From Nemertoderma westbladi (lineage: Eukaryota > Animalia > Xenacoelomorpha), in the NCBI GenBank assembly GCA_032718475.1, contig JAUCBJ010001692.1, positions 1 through 64,000 of the forward strand: 64,000 bases of DNA, in the 5' to 3' direction. This document shows positions 60,695-64,000 of the stretch, one piece after another. The notes under the pieces are model-generated. The model saw nothing but the letters and a program-made list of their open reading frames with translations. It was not told where the DNA came from and did not search any database. Positions within the stretch are counted from its first letter, which is position 1; every line of letters starts with the position of its first letter. The translations under genes and the position numbers were made by a program.

Positions 60695-61756
60695 ATGATG
60701 TCAAAACTAGAGGATGGTTGGTTGCGGTTGTAGGTGGGGTGGGAGTTGTTATGTTACTGGCGGTCGTGATAGTAACATCGATTTATTTATTTCATCCAAA
60801 AGTTTACAGCTAAGAATTACGGATTGCATAAAACTAAACTGACAAGGAACAAAAGAAACAAGGAATTAGATATGATTTCAACATTCTCGTGGGTGATGTT
60901 ACTGATGATAGATTCATGGATGGGAAAAAATAGTTGAATGTCATCCGATACTAAATGGAAGTAAACTGGATAAAAAAAAAGGATCAGAAAAGTAAAAAGG
61001 ATCAAACTGAAAGAAATAGAAAGTTGGATGAAAGTATTTGTGATCTAATGGAAATAAATATAACTTTAGTAAATAGGATGTCGCGGCTTCACCCTGAAAT
61101 TATTTGTTTAAATACTAAAGTAAACACATCCGCCTATGTTAGCCATATTAATTGGGTAAATTGTGTCATTAGCTGTGACTACACAATCGCTGGTGGTCCC
61201 TGGATAGTCATACAGAGATGGGTAGATGCATCATAAGTCTTCTATCGTAATTGGGACAGTTATGTCAGTTATTGGGACAGTCGGTTTGGTAACGTAGAAA
61301 GTAATTTTTGGTTGGGTCTAGAACAGATACACAAACTCACCAATGCTGGAGTTGTTTTGAGGATCGAGATCTGGTACCAAGGAGAACACAAGTACGCGGA
61401 GTACCGAAACTTCAAGATTGGCGATTATAATGATAAATACATGCTATGTATATATATGACTACAGCGGCACAACGGGCGATTCAATCAATACTACCAGAT
61501 TCTATATCTGAGTATTATTTGGGTGTCTAAGAAACCCCCCGGAAAGTCAATCACAATGTCCGTTTCTCAACTTACGACCGAGACAACGATGACTCTCCTT
61601 CCTCAAATCAAGCCGTCAACCACAAAGGGGTTTGGTGGTTTATGGTGGAACACTCCATGTCCAATATAAATGGCGTCTACGGGGGAAAGGGTGATGAAGG
61701 TCCAAATTGGGAGACTTTCATTGGATAAAATAGAGATGAAGATTAGAGTTCAATGA
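60695..61756 (+). pseudogene. Intronless fibrinogen-related domain (FReD/ficolin-like) pseudogene with an N-terminal transmembrane segment
   Basis: WLVAVVGGVGVVMLLAVVIV; CDYTIAGGPWIVIQRWVD*, FYRNWDSY, FGNVESNFWLGLEQIHKLT, YAEYRNFKIG, FSTYDRDND, GVWW, SNING, EMKIR; several stops and frameshifts. Confidence 0.85.
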
Positions 61757-63019
61757 ATTTATAATCTTTGTATAATTCGGAACTTATTCAGAATTTCATT
61801 ATGAGTAAACATAAATTAACATAAAGATTAAATATATGATATAACAAGATAATTAATTCTATATTTAGAACCTTTATGTCAATATTGTGTATCAACAACT
61901 GGTTCATTATTAATTATATTGAATCTGCTTTAAATTTACTTTCTGAAAACAAAATACAACAAATCACATAGTTTACGTCCATGATAAATCCTATGTGGTT
62001 GCTATGGAGACACGGTCGGTAACCAATACCTAGGGACGCTAATGCTAAAAATAATGCCCTAATGACCCATAATGACCCAATGATCTAATGCGAAAATTGC
62101 AGATATGGAGATGTACAATTAATAGTTCGAATTTGTTTAAAATATTATGAAGGTAGCCCGTCACTGGTTCAAATTGGAAACATTTAAATCTACAATTGAA
62201 AAATTATTGTTCTGACCATTAGGCGTCATAAAACTATGTACGAAAATTTACTTAGTAAAAAATAATTAGTAATTAATAGAGTAATAATTAAGGGTAGCAT
62301 TAGTCAGTGTGGTGCTGGTCAGTAGGGGAGATGGGTAGCCAATATAGAACCTTACTAATGTCATTTCAGTGTATTATAAAGTTCTATAAGAGTTATAATT
62401 CATAACAATAATACAATATATTTGCAATATACTGCCTCAAGAGGATGCCTAAAGGCATATGAAATATATTGCATTATTATTGTTGTTATGAATTATACTC
62501 TTATATAATTTAATAATAATACACTCAAATTATATTTAAAATTACAACTTTTGTTATTAAAATTTGGATTATAATCGTGTTTCTTACTAATGCACCACAT
62601 CACATTTTCGGTGGTAGTTTTTTCCTCATACTACAGCTACTATGGTGCTGCCCTTCCAATGCAGCAATAAAATTTACTCTTGATTGCTCTAAACAAACAG
62701 TAAAATATTTTAAGTTATAGTATTATTTATTTATTAATTTATAAATTATTATTTATTTATATTAATTTATTTATTTTAGTACATTATTTTATGGTGCCTT
62801 TTGTTTCAGAACAATAAATTATCTCTATTAACCCTATCCGGCCCGGGCTACAATTAAACGAATAAAAGACAACAATGTAACTTATTCCCTCAACTACAGT
62901 AATTAATAAATATTCCGCCATTAGTACGAAATTTTCCGTGATATTGGTAGACATTCTATGAGTTAATGTACTACACTGATACAAATTTCTCGATAAATGA
63001 CTCCAGGCATATTTTTTTA

Positions 63020-63240
63020 AATTTTTTATGTGAATCATTTTTAGAAGAGGGGGTACATTATGCTGTTCTAAATCTCAAAAAGGGGAAAGCTTATGGGGAT
63101 GATATTAGAAGAATGTTTAAAAGAAGGGCCACATGTATTAACGCCATATATAACGCGGCACTTTTGATTGGATACTTCCCGAAAGCCTGGACTACTGGTA
63201 TTATAGTACCTTTGTACAAGAGAGTGAATAAGATGACTTC
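63020..63240 (+). mobile_element. Small LINE RT fragment
   Basis: LKKGKAYGDDI..NAALLIGYFPKAWTTGIIVPLYK, the pre-RT motif of APE-type LINEs. Confidence 0.6.
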
Positions 63241-64000
63241 CGTCGTTTGTGGTGAGAATATTGAAAGTTCCCTTTCCGATTCCTGCGTGTTCTGCTAGCT
63301 CAATATCGACCTCCCTTCCAACTAGATCACTGGTTTCGTTCAGGGAACCTTTTTAACAGTCGAAGTTAGATCTGTGCAAGGATATGTAGTTAGACCCTAG
63401 AGTTAGTGTCGTGAATAATAATGTTTGGTTTGACTTACAATGTTATTATTTGCTCTGATTTCTACAAGTCTAATAATTACTACCTCACCAATAATGTGAG
63501 TTATTGCAGCAAGTAAGTTGCGAATAACATATACACCAATAATACACAATAATAGTAATATAAAGATATAAGTAATAGAAAGAGATTACATTTAATGTAG
63601 AAGTACACTCAAGAATGAAATCCTACACTAAATATTGTCATGTTAAATACACCAATATATTACCAATATCAACTAAACATCTGGCCGCTCTAATATTAGC
63701 ACTTCAATCAAGGCCCTTGTATGTAAACTCCAATCTCTGATACTCCCAACCAACTCCCAAACAATATTGTCTCCCTTTGTTCTGCACAACAATGATTCCC
63801 GTATACATTTTATACACTCCTATTGTAATACAACCACCTCGTATAATTATTGCACCTTTTGGCTTCCACTAAAAGGCAGTGTTTAATGGGTTTGGCTATT
63901 TATTGCTTCCTCCCTCTTTCTTTGTTCATCACTCTAACACACTTAGTCATACCGCACTATAACTCAATTTGTTAGCAATATTACATCCACTGTTGCTACT

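Noticed and set aside
62424-62473. Possible third hammerhead (ctcaagag..atgcc-taaa-ggcat..gaaa)
   Set aside because: The core boxes and spacing are too degenerate to support the call

Overview
AT-rich eukaryotic (probably invertebrate animal) genomic DNA dominated by nested transposable elements. The core is two related BEL/Pao LTR retrotransposons. Element B (17669-48100, minus strand, TSD AGTAT) has gag-PR-RT-RH-IN plus a decayed accessory ORF. Element A (18551-31204, plus strand, TSD GTATG, near-identical 1171-bp LTRs) is inserted antisense into B's 3' LTR. A solo LTR, a partial LTR and a gag fragment of the same lineage follow at 50-54 kb. Two properties of this BEL lineage stand out. (1) There is no tRNA primer-binding site. 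Instead, the bases right after the 5' LTR are complementary to a conserved site inside the LTR, with a compensatory change between A and B, which suggests Tf1-like self-primed reverse transcription. (2) Element A carries an accessory cassette encoding a WRN/EXD-like DEDDy 3'-5' exonuclease and a triple CCHC zinc-knuckle protein, while B has a different cassette in the same slot. Also present are a CRE-like RLE retroposon split by a CR1-group LINE, L2/RTE fragments, several non-autonomous TIR elements, a hAT transposase remnant, tandem repeats, an intronless fibrinogen-domain pseudogene and an unidentified 671-aa ORF. All calls were made by eye from motifs, and no database searches were run.
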